From Selaginella moellendorffii (taxonomy: Eukaryota; Plantae; Lycopodiophyta), in assembly GCF_000143415.4 (NCBI RefSeq), contig NW_003314373.1, forward strand, positions 124,001-188,000: 64,000 nt of DNA, written 5' to 3'. How positions within the stretch are numbered: position 1 is the first letter of the stretch; each line of letters starts with the position of its first letter. Under the pieces are notes generated by a model. It ran no database searches, was not told where the DNA came from, and saw nothing but the letters and a program-made list of their open reading frames with translations. Of the stretch, positions 36,927 through 49,200 are shown piece after piece. The position numbers and the translations under genes were made by a program.

Positions 36927-37469
36927 CACGAAAACCAAGTCCTCATATTTGCTCTCTCGATTCTCCTGTCCACAAGAAAAAACCAAGGGAATTTTTCTCA
37001 AAACTCTGATAAAATAATTGATCGCGATCGCGAAGTTACACCTAAATCTACACTAAGCCTCACGGCATTGTCCCTATCGAAAGATTACCCGACGATTTCT
37101 CCCAAATCCAAGAAGATGTAAACAAGAAACTAAGAATCGTCCGCCCTCTTGCATACCTCGGCAAGGACGAGGAAGTCGCGACGTCAGCGTGGAAGCAATG
37201 CAAGGATTCGAGGCCCCAGCTTGGAATGCGCCACGCTCCAGCGGCGCACTCCACGCGCCGCGAAAGAGAGAGCCAACCAAAATGTAAAATTTAGGGCTCA
37301 TGCTACAAATTTAGGGCTGGAGAGGTTAGGTATATTCTCTCTTTCGAACTGAGAATATACTTACTTTTGTAAGGGTTGTAAATACAACAAATTTAGGGCT
37401 AGATCATGTACTTACTTTTTTAAGGGCTGTATAGATAGTGCTTATAGTAATGTGTGGGTGATATTCACG

Positions 37470-39555
37470 ATGGAGCTCTTGATTTCTAGTAAAGTCCATT
37501 TCTTGTGGAAGGATAGCAATGTCTTTGGCAGGCAGAAATTCTCCAAGAATTACTTATATTTGAATCGCGACACAGCCAATTGCAGGATTGCTGCTGTTGC
37601 TCCTCTCAAACTGGTGGAATTTGCTGCCAATCTTCCCTCTTTCAACAGTGATGTGCTGTTCACATCTCTGGGAGCTTCTGCTAGCATCTTCAGTGCTTGT
37701 GGTAAATCCTTTCCACCAAGAAATTAGTCCCCCTTTAATGCGATTTCCCAGTGCAGCTCTGATAACATGGCTTCAAAGGTCTGAATTTCTTCCTGCAGAG
37801 ACACCAGTGGTTTTAAGCCAGGTTTGGTCTTAAGTATTTGTATCTAATATTTAATTTACTATTGCAACAAAGGTGGCATTTCGAGTTCTGATTCCCTGCT
37901 ACCTTATGTCGAAGGTATATTTTCATTAACAGCTCTTTAGAGTTATTTTGTGCCTATAACTTTAAGGCTTTGTTTTGTGTACTCTAGGTATCTACCGTTC
38001 TTGCAATGCACCATACAGGAATTAATATAGCTGCGATCCCCTTGATCGCAATTGCCCAGGTACTTTGAAAGATGTTTCTTACGAAAACTTGGAGTAATCA
38101 TGCATGATAATACAACACAGATTTCGGCTGGAGCTTTGCTTGGCAAACTTGCTTGCGCTACTTTGTATCATATTCCAAACACCACCAGAAAACAATTGTC
38201 AGCCAAAGTTCTAGCTAAAAAGGAAGCTCTCGTGACGATTTCTTGTGCATTTGGCAACACACTTTCACTTCCACTCGTGAGCTGTTCCTTAAAGAGGTTT
38301 TCAACACGATCTTAGTAATAAAACAGGTTTTTATCAGAGGAATTCTGTCTCCTCGAGATGCAAGCCTTGCATCAGGGTAAGAATTCAATGTCTATCAGCT
38401 CTAACCAATTCTTTCCTTTCAGCTATCTCGCATTGTTCATTGTTGGATGGTCTCCATTTTTGTGGACTGTAGCGTATCAAATTCTATCTTCTTCAGTCCA
38501 GAGCCAAGAAATTCCAGAGAAACAGAAACATTTTGTGGACAGTATTATCAGGTGGTACAAACGTCTCTTGAATCCTCCATTATTTGGAGTAAGTTAATTC
38601 CATCACCATAAAGCCATATATGTTTTCTTTTACTTATTATTTTCTTTTCAGGTTCTACTAGGCACCGTACTTGGCCTCTCCCCTGTATCAAAATTCCTGA
38701 CTCTTGACGACTCCTCTGCAAACGTTCCGCTTGTCTGGAAAATATTTCATCCAGTTTATGATGTAAGCTTCATAGATGACAATAGTTTTGACAATAATCT
38801 GAACAAGTTGATCATGTGTCTCCATTTGTTTCAGGCAGGATCATTCCTGGGATCAGCAGCACCAGCAATCCAAGTTATTGTCTTGGCTTGCTCATTGGCC
38901 GGAGTTATGAAGTCTCGGAGCGCAAAGTTACCTCATTTCTGGGGACCCAGGAAGATCAAGTCGCTTGCTCCTGCACTGGCAGTGACGGATTCCAGTGTAT
39001 CTAGTAGCAACCATGAATCATCACCAACTTTGATCGGACGCAAAGAACTGGTGGCAATCTGTTTCGTGAGATGGCTGATACTTCCACTTTTCTTCTCTAC
39101 AGCTCTATCAGTTGAGTCGTGTACTACTAAATAGCTATGCTAACTCTTCTAATTTAGATTGCGGAGAGGATGAAGGTCTTGACGATGGATCCCATATGCA
39201 AGATCACTCTACTGGTATGGTATTTTTCTTTTAAAAAAAAATAAAACTTGTGCATTGTATTTCTTAACAGGTCCTTTCTTCAATGCCATCAGCACAGAAC
39301 TTAGTTGTTCTTGCCCAGGTATGAAATTTCAAATATCATTATTATTGTTTTAATTGCTATATACTTGTCATACTTAAAACAGCTGCGTCCCTCCACAAGG
39401 CCACTTGCAAAAGAGTTGGCAAAACTGTTGCTGTTTCAGGTAAGAGCCATTCTAGTTTGCTTACAAATTCTGAGAATCCTGCTTAAAAGTATATTGGAGC
39501 CCTGGTACCAATCACACTCTGGCTCGCAGTCTTCATGTCAATGGTATCTAGCTGA
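37470..39555 (+). CDS. PIN-LIKES (PILS)-like / auxin efflux carrier family membrane transporter, many short exons
   Basis: Exon pieces VAFRVLIPCYL, SCAFGNTLSLPL, SYLALFIVGWSPFLWTVAY, LNPPLFG, VRWLILPL, MPSAQNLVVLAQ, LLFQY; ends MVSS-TGA 39553-39555. Start approximate. Confidence 0.8.
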
Positions 39556-39726
39556 TTGAGTATCAATCTTTCAAATGTATAAAGTCTTAAGCTTTTTTAA
39601 AGAGAGTACAAATCGCAGAATTTCAAAATTTAGTGCTGTCAGTGAGCGTGAGCACAAGTTCCGCGTTAAGTTCTTGATATAAACGCTCTCTATCGTTTCA
39701 ACTCCAGGAATTTCAATTTCGTAGAT

Positions 39727-41517
39727 ATGTCCCTAGCGATTTGTGATGCGCCAGTGCCAAAGTTTGTCGTGGGTCTAGATTTTGGAACCACATACTCTGG
39801 TTTTGCTTATGCACATCGCATCGACACAAAGGACGTCAATCTCTTATACGATTGGCCGTGCTCTCCGAGGCCCTATTGCAAGACACAGACGAGCCTCTTC
39901 TACACGCCAGGCAGAGAAGACGATTCGTTCAAGCTCGAAGACTGGGGCTGGGCTGCAACGAAGAAGTTCATGGAGTCAAGACCCTCATCGCAGGATGAGA
40001 TCGGTTTCCTTGCCAACAAATTCAAGCTGAGGCTAGCGGAAGATTTTAGCGACGGGAACAAGGCCATCCAAGACTCTTTTGCTGGTAGGTTGGAAGTTGA
40101 GAGGCTTGTGGTCGATTATCTCGCTTCGATCTCCAAGTTCATTGTCGAGCATCTCAAAGGAACTTATGGTCAAAGCTTTAGCGCGAGGGATGTGCAGTGG
40201 TGCCTCACAGTTCCCGCAATCTGGAGCGACAAGGCGAAGCATAAGATGCAAGTCTATGCCGAGAAGGCCAAGCTCGTAAGAGGTAAGTTTTGCTCCAGCT
40301 CCAAAGCGAGCATGTATCCCCTGAGGATAATACTGGAGCCAGAGGCGGCCTCGTTTTCGTGCCAGATGGAGCTGGGCCGCATCATCTCGCTAGCTCCAGG
40401 GGACAAGTTCCTGGTGGCGGATGTTGGTGGTGGAACAATCGATATAGTAGTGCACGAGAAGGAGAGCAGCGCTCCAGGGAAGCACGAGGTCCATGAGGTG
40501 TCCGCTAGCTCAGGAGAGCTCGGGGGTGGAACTTATGTCGACAGAAACTTCATGGAATTCCTTGAGAAAAAGATTGGTTGCTTCAGAAGATTTTGCCAGC
40601 AGGAGCAAGCTATTGTCTACCACCGCATCTTGATGTGGTGGCTGGGGCCTGACGGTAAGTGTACGTTCAATGGATCGTGTCCAAAGTTATTGGAAGTACC
40701 GAAGAAGTTGTCGAAAGCATGGAAGAAGCATGACAAAACTGTACGGGGTTTTGCTGAGGACGATGACTATTACGACGAGATCAAGATCTGTTGTGAGCAG
40801 ATGGAAGCAATCTTTGACACCGAGGTCGACAAAACCATCCGTTTGATCCAGGAGAAACTTGACAAAGTTGACGACATCAAGTACATATTTCTGGTTGGGG
40901 GATTTGCCTCGAGTCCGTATCTGCGGAGCAGAATCAAGAATCGCTTCGAGGGCGTGGCGAGAGTGGTTTCTCATCCGAATCCGGGTGGTGCAATCTGTAG
41001 CGGTGCCGTGGCTCTTGGTTATGGAACAGGCGTTGTGCTCTCGAGAATCTCCAAACATTCGTATGGCATTTACTCGTCTCGCAACTTCCATTGGAATGAT
41101 CCACCTGCGTACAAGTTTTTTGACGACGATGGGTTGAAAAAATGCGACAACATCTTCAGCCTGTTTGTGAAGAAAGAGGAGTCTGTCTCGGTCAATCAGT
41201 CCGTAACACACCCTTATTTTCCGATATTCCGGCATCAGAAGGTACTGAAGATTGCCTTGTTCAGCTCCAGCAGTGACTTCACTCCCATGTACACGACCGA
41301 CGAAGGGTGTGTAGAGCTTGATAGCTACAAATTCGACATTGGCGAGGATCTACACATGGGAACGAGACGTGAGGTGGAGGTGACAATGTTTTTCGGTCGG
41401 AGCACCATCGAGATATCTGCCCGGCGCGTCAACTTTGGAAGCAACCGTGAGTCCGAGAAGCTCTACTTTGTGGAATTTGATGCCCCTGAAGCGTATGTGA
41501 ACAAAGTGAGTGAGTGA
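39727..41517 (+). CDS. HSPA12-like (Hsp70-12 type) actin-like ATPase, intronless, 596 aa
   Basis: VVGLDFGTTYSGFAY, WCLTVPAIWSD, LEPEAAS, VADVGGGTIDI, GGTYVDRNF, FLVGGFASSPYL, RISKHSYG. Confidence 0.92.
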   Translation: MSLAICDAPVPKFVVGLDFGTTYSGFAYAHRIDTKDVNLLYDWPCSPRPYCKTQTSLFYTPGREDDSFKLEDWGWAATKKFMESRPSSQDEIGFLANKFKLRLAEDFSDGNKAIQDSFAGRLEVERLVVDYLASISKFIVEHLKGTYGQSFSARDVQWCLTVPAIWSDKAKHKMQVYAEKAKLVRGKFCSSSKASMYPLRIILEPEAASFSCQMELGRIISLAPGDKFLVADVGGGTIDIVVHEKESSAPGKHEVHEVSASSGELGGGTYVDRNFMEFLEKKIGCFRRFCQQEQAIVYHRILMWWLGPDGKCTFNGSCPKLLEVPKKLSKAWKKHDKTVRGFAEDDDYYDEIKICCEQMEAIFDTEVDKTIRLIQEKLDKVDDIKYIFLVGGFASSPYLRSRIKNRFEGVARVVSHPNPGGAICSGAVALGYGTGVVLSRISKHSYGIYSSRNFHWNDPPAYKFFDDDGLKKCDNIFSLFVKKEESVSVNQSVTHPYFPIFRHQKVLKIALFSSSSDFTPMYTTDEGCVELDSYKFDIGEDLHMGTRREVEVTMFFGRSTIEISARRVNFGSNRESEKLYFVEFDAPEAYVNKVSE

Positions 41518-44148
41518 GGACAGTGTAGATCAAAGCATTGAGCTAAGAATTTAATCCTCAGATTCTCTCTACTTCAATTTGGGGCCAGAAACGAGCATTC
41601 TTTGTGGACAAGACCAGGCCTTTGTAAGATACCTAGGATTGTAGTATTTGGATGGAGTATATGGATGGTTGAAGAGGCTCTCGGCGCTACCAGGCATCTC
41701 CGAGAGCGAGCTAGAGTCAATCCCGGCGTCCATCCATAAGGCAGGGGGCGTCCGCCGGAGCGGAGACCGTGGTCAACTAGGTGGACAATGTGGCGATCAT
41801 ACTTCAGGGCCTTCCTCCCGCCAGCCCATCACGACGAAGTGCTCCATGATGCTTTCCAGAGATTCCTCAAGCGCAAAGGTACTACGAGCGAGCTTGCGCG
41901 AGGATGGAAAGTAGGACCAAGGCTTGCATGGCCAGGAGATCTTGGAAACGTTGGCGGCCGTGGACACGAGCAGCGCCATCGCCTATTTGCTATCGAACCT
42001 TCGAGGCTGGAGCTGGTGGAGATGGAAATGCGGGACAGGAACGCAGAGCTAGAGGCCGCCAAGGCACCGAAAGAACAATACAGACGTGTGGATAGCGGAG
42101 AACTCATGCTCCAGCTTGCCATCGGCCGGGTGTTGGGGCAAGGAAAGATGCTACCGCACATCGAGATCGGGAGTGTGGCTCTCCAGCGACACGCCGGACT
42201 TGGTGAAGAAACAAGCCGGTGCCTCGGGAGTGACTTGGGAGCTTGTGAGTCTTGCGGGGGAGCTAGAAGAGGACTTGGACATTCCTCGTCAGCTTGACAG
42301 CGCAGTAGGAGCCGGTTATTTCGCTGCTTCGCGGTAGAGGTCAACTTCGTTGACCACGTTGTCTCTAGGGTGGCGTCCCCTCTTCTTAGGAAGGTTATCT
42401 GCGCGTTGAGGGAGCTGTTTTCTACCGGCTTGACGTGACATATATCTAAATGGGGTGGTTGCTTGAGTACCCAATAAATAGATAGATATTGCTGCCAAAC
42501 CTCAAACTCTTCCTAGGTGCTATTTACATCCTTAGACGTTTCTGCTAGTATCTTCAGTGATCCATTTTAACTTTATTTTGGTTCTTAGAAGCTCATTCAA
42601 ACTTTATATATCTGGAATATACTTGAACATTTTGGGATATTCTATTATTTAATAGCTAATATTGATTTAATCTTGTGTTTATAATTTATAAACTTTTTCA
42701 ATCAATTTCTAGTATATTCTAGTTTATTTACCTCTAATGGTAATAAGTGTTTACAAATTATAATTAATGATCAATTGTAAGAATGCTGTGAACTGTTTTC
42801 TCTGTGGTGTTCATGGATTGTGAACTTGATGATCCTAGAGATCTAATAGCCATGCTCTGTCCATTTGCTCTTTTGTGTGTTTTTTTTAGGTGGTTTAGAG
42901 GCACTAAATGATGTCATTCAGCAAATAATACCAAATAGGAATAACATTACTATTAAGCAAACTAAAAGTATGCAAAATTATCTATAGCTTTTTATGTTAT
43001 ATATTATTAAAAATCTTTTCCATTAGGGATATAATTAGGTTTAATAAATAAAATAACTTATTTCCATTTATTCTAACAGTGTTTCTTAAAATTTCTTTAA
43101 TTAATTTGTAATATTTACTTATCACTAATATAACCATTATAAAAGATAAAGAAAGCTATGAAGTTATTTTTTTTGCTTCATGGCTAGAACTTAAAAAATA
43201 ACAAGTGAAACTACTTAACTATGTAAGAATATTTTTAGCAGAATTTTAATTCCCATCCTTTGAATGTTCATAAAACCATTAGGAAGAATTGCCATAACTC
43301 CCACTTTCTACATCTAAAACTCTATATAATCCTCTAAGTTAAAAGCAGGCATATAATGTCTTAAAATAAAGCTATATAAACTTTAAAACTAAATCATCAT
43401 TAAGCTCTCCACACTTATAGTTTCTTTATATAGTTTAGAGCACTTGAATAAAATCTAACCTATTTATATTTTAAACATTGTCTAGAAGATTAATATTTTG
43501 ATGGTTAAACACTTAAGAATTTAAGAGAGTGAAGATTATAAATTGGAATTGCTGCTATGCAATGCCTTAATCTAAACAAGTGTTTAACTTTATAAGGTGC
43601 TTAGCATTTATGTATTCTAAGAAGTATATATTTAAAGACAAAGTACTATTATATATCATATATGAAAATTGCATAAAAAACTAAAAGTGTGAGTGCTCAG
43701 GAAGAAATTATATTGTTTCTTAGTGTAAAAAGTTATTTCCAAAATAGTTTCAATTTAGATTCTAGTGTAATATATGATAACAATTACAAACGTGGATCAT
43801 ATTTATTATAGGATTTTTTTCTCATAATGTGTAATACATTAATACAAGCTATAAGTTAGAATGGATAAAAATTTAAATATAATATATAATTAATTTTAAT
43901 TTAGATTTATATGGATATGTCTTTGTTAACTAAGCTGTAAATTAAAATTTACAATAGCAATTTCAACGTTTGAAAAAACAATTGTTTTATATTACACTTT
44001 ATTATATTATCTATCTTAGTAGGAATAATTAAAAACTCTACTACATTATTATGAAAATAAATATTTTTATAAAACTTATTTTTATAGTTTTTATTTAAGC
44101 ATAATCTTAAGTTTTATAATTAATTAATTGTTTTCAAAGTAAGCTAGT

Positions 44149-44904
44149 ATGAAGAATTCTAATATTTTATCTAGTTTAAACAAAAACAATTTATCATAGG
44201 ATTTTAAGACCGTAATTATATTGCAATTATAAAAAATTTCTTTCTCTGTCATAAAAATAAATATGTCAGATTACATTTTTTAAAAATGTTATATTTACTA
44301 TTTATATATTTAAATATTTAAAAATATATATAATAATATAATTGTTTTAATGAAATAAGGATAATAACTATGTTTATAGAGTTCCTTTTCGCAAAAACTG
44401 TGGCAAGCTGAGAGCAAATGACAAGCTGCTCAAAACATTCAAATGTATGTACCTGGGTTTTTATACCATGACTAATATTGTGAAAGCTAATGGTAAATAA
44501 TTATTTAATTTAGCTTGTTTAACTGTTTTATACTTTTGTTTTTAAAAGATTTTAACATAAGTCTAGTCACATTTTTTTTTGGAGAGGTATTGTTTATCAC
44601 TTTAAAAATGCAAAGACTAAAAATTGTTGGAAAATGAAATATGAAGAATTTTAATATTTTACTTAACAAAAAGTTTATCATAGGATTTTAAGAACATAAT
44701 TAATATGAAATTACAAAAATTATCTTTCTCTGTCATAAAAATAAATATGTCAGATTATATTTTTTAGAAAATTGTTTATTTACTATTTATATATTTAAAT
44801 ATTTAAAATTATGTTATAATAATATAATTGTCTTTATGAAATAGCAATTATTTATATTGTATCCGATATTAAATAATAAAATTATGCTATAACAATATAA
44901 TTGT

Positions 44905-44950
<46 letters not shown>
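44149..44950. repeat. AT-rich ~200-bp direct duplication (44149-44357 / 44641-44843) plus (TA)n microsatellite 44908-44950
   Basis: Shared TTTATCATAGGATTTTAAGA...CTCTGTCATAAAAATAAATATGTCAGATTA... Confidence 0.8.
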
Positions 44951-44954
<4 letters not shown>

Positions 44955-45631
44955 ATCTAGTTTTAAATATAACAGACAGTCAAAGTATTTTACACCTTTT
45001 TGAAATATCTTAAGTTGTAATGTTTTTAGCTTTTTAAATATATAAATCATAACTTTATTTAGACTACATTTTATTTACATTTAAAGTAGTATTCTTTATT
45101 TTCTAACATATTACCGTGTCACACTCAAACTTGATAACCATTCTCTCTGCACCTATAATCAAGAGTAGGATGTGGATTGACGGCTCTACTTTGTTTGTCT
45201 TGAACTCCTCATCCAATGGCCCACAACACATCAACTCATAAGGGGTAAAAAATGTAACACGAATCTTTAAATTATTCTTTGGCACCTCAATAGAGTAGGA
45301 CAACGTATAACTTGCCACACGAAATCACGAAATCACATCGAATCTCCCCGCAGTGCACTGCCAGGGAATAGGACAATCCCGCAAGCATATTCCGCCATAG
45401 GGCAGCGAATATGTCGTCAAATACCCAAGACCGTTTGTTGTCAAAATGGATTATTTTATGGGGTAGAATAAGTTTTCTAAACCCCTAAAATCCCCTGCCC
45501 AATTTCTCCACCACTGGTTTGTGGAGAGAGAAGGGAACCATCGCTACGCTCCTCCTGTGCTATCCTCGTCTTACATTGGTTTGAATGGACGGCCCACATT
45601 AACCAGGGCACACGCCTGCCTATTGCTTGCG

Positions 45632-45668
<37 letters not shown>

Positions 45669-46209
45669 TCTCTTCTCCCTCTCCGCCCGCCTTGTTCTTC
45701 CACACTGGACCATCGATTCATCATCGGCGACTCCGACGCGTTGGATTCGATCGGCAACAGTTCTTTGGCGTCGCGCGGCGGGTTAGAATCTCTCGTTTTT
45801 GCTCCCAGATTTGTGGATTTTGTCCATCGATTCCGGCCTAGGAGCTGAATCCGCTGCGAGCTTGGTGAGAGAGCGTGTTCTTCTCGTTCTTTTTTCCTTT
45901 TTTTCTGTGAATATTTCCTCGCCGCGCCCGCTTTCTCGTGATTTTATTTCATCATCCAAGTCGCTTTTCAATGCGGTGTCCGCCGTTGAGAGAGTAGGAC
46001 CTCGATTCATTCATTCAGTCCGGGTGGCTGTGTGGTTTGATCAATAATTTCCTTGTCCGGGCACGCATTTGATTTTAGAGTCGCAGTCAGCAGTTTTGTC
46101 TCGAGAATCTGATTGAAGCGCTCATCGTTTAGAAATAGAGTGAGAGTCTATAGCGAAGTGATGCGAGGGTCTAGATAGAAAAGAGCGAAAGAAAAAAACA
46201 ACAACTACG

Positions 46210-49200
46210 ATGGCTCCAAGAGCCACTTCCAAGTCGAAGAATCACAAATCCAAGGGAGAGAAGAAGAAGAAAGAAGACAAGCGTAAGCTGACCAAGCTCT
46301 TTTATATTCCTGTTTCTCGTCTTCTTCGTTTACTGATTCGTTGCTTTCATTCGTGCAGTGCTTCCTACCGTTCTCGATGTTCTGGTTTATCTCCCAAGTG
46401 GCGACGAAATAATTCTCAAGGTAAGGCTTTTCCTTCTCTTGATATCGTACTCAGGCTTTCCATTGTTCGTGGTACCAGGGGATTTCTACTGATCGAATCC
46501 TGGATGTGCGCAAGCTTTTGGCGGTCAATGTTGAGACATGCCACCTTACGAGATTCTCGCTATCCCACCAGGTACGTTTTATTTCTCTTTAGCGGCTATA
46601 GTCAAGTCGTGCCATTAAAAGGTTCGTGGAGATCGACTGAATGACTCTCAAGAGGTCATGCACTTGAAGCCTTGTGTTCTCACTGTCGTCGAAGGTAAAT
46701 CCTTACATCTTTGTTTTTCAGTTCGTTAGATTACATGTATTGCAGAAGCATACACGGAGGAATCAGCCATGGATCACGTGAGAAGGCTATTGGACTTGGT
46801 TTCAAGTATTACTTGCTTTGGTCCTTCCGGGAAGTCATCAGTGCCAGACAAAGAAACAGATGGTAAAGCAGATGGTACAACAGGCAGGACGGAGAGTGGA
46901 GAGAATAGCATCAATCTCAAGGATATCAAGGACATAACAAAACTCTGTCCTCCATCCGAGCTGGGGAAGTTTTACGAGTTCTTTTCCTTCGCGCATCTAA
47001 AGTCACCTGTCCAAGGTTTGTCAAATCTGCTAGCGGTTTATATTTAAACTAACCACTTTCTCATTGTGACAGGCATTAAAATTTCTCGTCAGGCAGGCTC
47101 TAAAACAGATTTTTTCTCGCTAGAGGTATTTCCTGCATTGTATAGACTATTGTATTTATCTGAACTTTCCTTTTTACAGGTTAAGGTGACCAACGGGAAA
47201 ATTCTTTCCGTTACAGCTTGTAGCACCGGATTTTATCACACGGGGAAGCAGCAAGTGAAGTGCCACGCACTGGTCGATTTGTTAAGGCATCTTAGCAAGT
47301 CTTTTAACGACGTGGGTATGTTTTTGTGAAATGCTCCTAGAAACTCACAGTTTTTCTTGCCGTGATTGCAGAACTACGAAGAACTGTTGAAAGCATTTTG
47401 CGCGCGCAATAAGGTGTGTATCGCTTTTCACGAAAGTCTAGTGCTTACTTAATTGTTTATTACAGTTTGCGAACATTCCGTACGGTCTGCGAGCTAATAC
47501 GTGGGTGGTTCCACCAATAGCAGCAGAATCACCGTCTACGTTTCCGGCTTTGCCTGCAGAAGATGAAACTTGTGGTGGCAATGGAGGTGGCCGAGGTAGA
47601 AATCCCGAAGGCCTCAACGTGCCGTGGTCACAGCACTTCTCTTTCATAGCCAAAATGGCTTGCGAGACGTCGGAGGAACGAGAGGTTCGGGATCATAAAG
47701 CTTTTGTTCTCCATAACTACTTCGTCGATGTGGCTACTACACATGCTGTAGCAGTCATAAGGGAATTGGATTCTTCAAGCTCATTCCAGACAGAACATGT
47801 AGAGACCAGAGGTACTCTCAAGTTCTCCGTCACTCGAGATGCCACAGATCCCGGCAGAAAAGTTGTATGGAAAATAGAGTCGAGCTCAACAACGGAGTTT
47901 CAAAGGGAAATATCGGAACGGAATGTTTTGAAAGGAATTACGGCTGACGAAAGCACCGTTGTCCATGTAAGTTTTTTTGGTTTGAGCTCTCGTGTAAAAA
48001 GTTCACTAACGTTTTAAGTTGGCAGGACACTTGTACATTAGGTATTGTTTTAGTTCGACATCAAGGATATAAGGTAGTTGTAGAGGCAGTCCCGACGGAG
48101 CGCACTCAGGATATTCTCGAGATCATGGATCCACCTGAAGGCGGTGCAAACGCACTCAACGCAAACAGGTATTTGTCTTAGAGCATAGATTTCATAAGTG
48201 ACTTCCCTTATTTTATCTTTTTGTCAGCCTCCGCATTCTTCTGCATAAGAAGTCTCAGAGACTGGATACTAGTGGCGAGGAAGAGAAGCGCGCCAAAGAT
48301 CTTCTTTCTGAAACAATAGACAAGGCAATTTCCAGCGTAAGCACGCAGGGACCCGTTAATCCGAGCCAGTATTTCAGGTGGGAACTCGGCGCATGCTGGG
48401 TCCAACATTTAGGAGAAATAACAAAAGCAAACAGCAGTGAGAAAAGTGATAAAAGTGGCCAGAAACCGAGCAAGGACGAGGAACCTGTGTCTGAAGATGT
48501 CTCCCCTCTGAAAGGACTCCTTCCCGAGTCTTCTTTGGAGCGACTTAAAGGAACAAAATCAGGCCTTCACCTAAAGGTAGCAAGCCTTTTATTTCTTATG
48601 ACGTTACAGAATTTTTTCTTTTATATAAACTTTCAGTCTGTTGCGGAGCTTATGAACGCAGCGGAACAATATTATAATAATGTGGCGCTTCCTAAGCTTG
48701 TAAGCTGATCCCATACCTCTTAGTTTTCTCACATCTTGATACCTTAACTTCCAGGTGTCAGATTTTTCGGCTCTTGAGCTCTCTCCTGTTGAAGGGCGAA
48801 CTTTGACAGATTTTATGCATATACGTGGGTTGAGGATTTTCTCACTGGGACAACTGGTATAATAATCTAGCACTTTTCTGATAATTTTTCTTACATACTG
48901 AGTGTTTGACAGGCTGATCTGTGCTCAAAACTTCCGCACATCAGGTCGCTGTGCATCCACGAAATGATTATCCGCGCTTTTAAACACTTGCTTCGAGCTG
49001 TAGTTGCCTCCGTGAAAGAAACTTCCGAGCTAGCTTCTACAATCGCGACTGCTTTGAACGCCATATTTGCTAGCCTGCCAGCTGAAGGCAAAGAGGAGCC
49101 TGTTGAGAAGCATGTCTGGAAATGGCTGGAGTCGTTTGTCGCCGCGAGATTTAGATGGAAACTCGCTTATGATTCGCGGCTAAACCTGCGTAAGTACGCA

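Noticed and set aside
45350-45380. miR408-like words (TGCACTGCC, CCAGGGAA)
   Set aside because: Adjacent short matches only; no full mature sequence or precursor hairpin.
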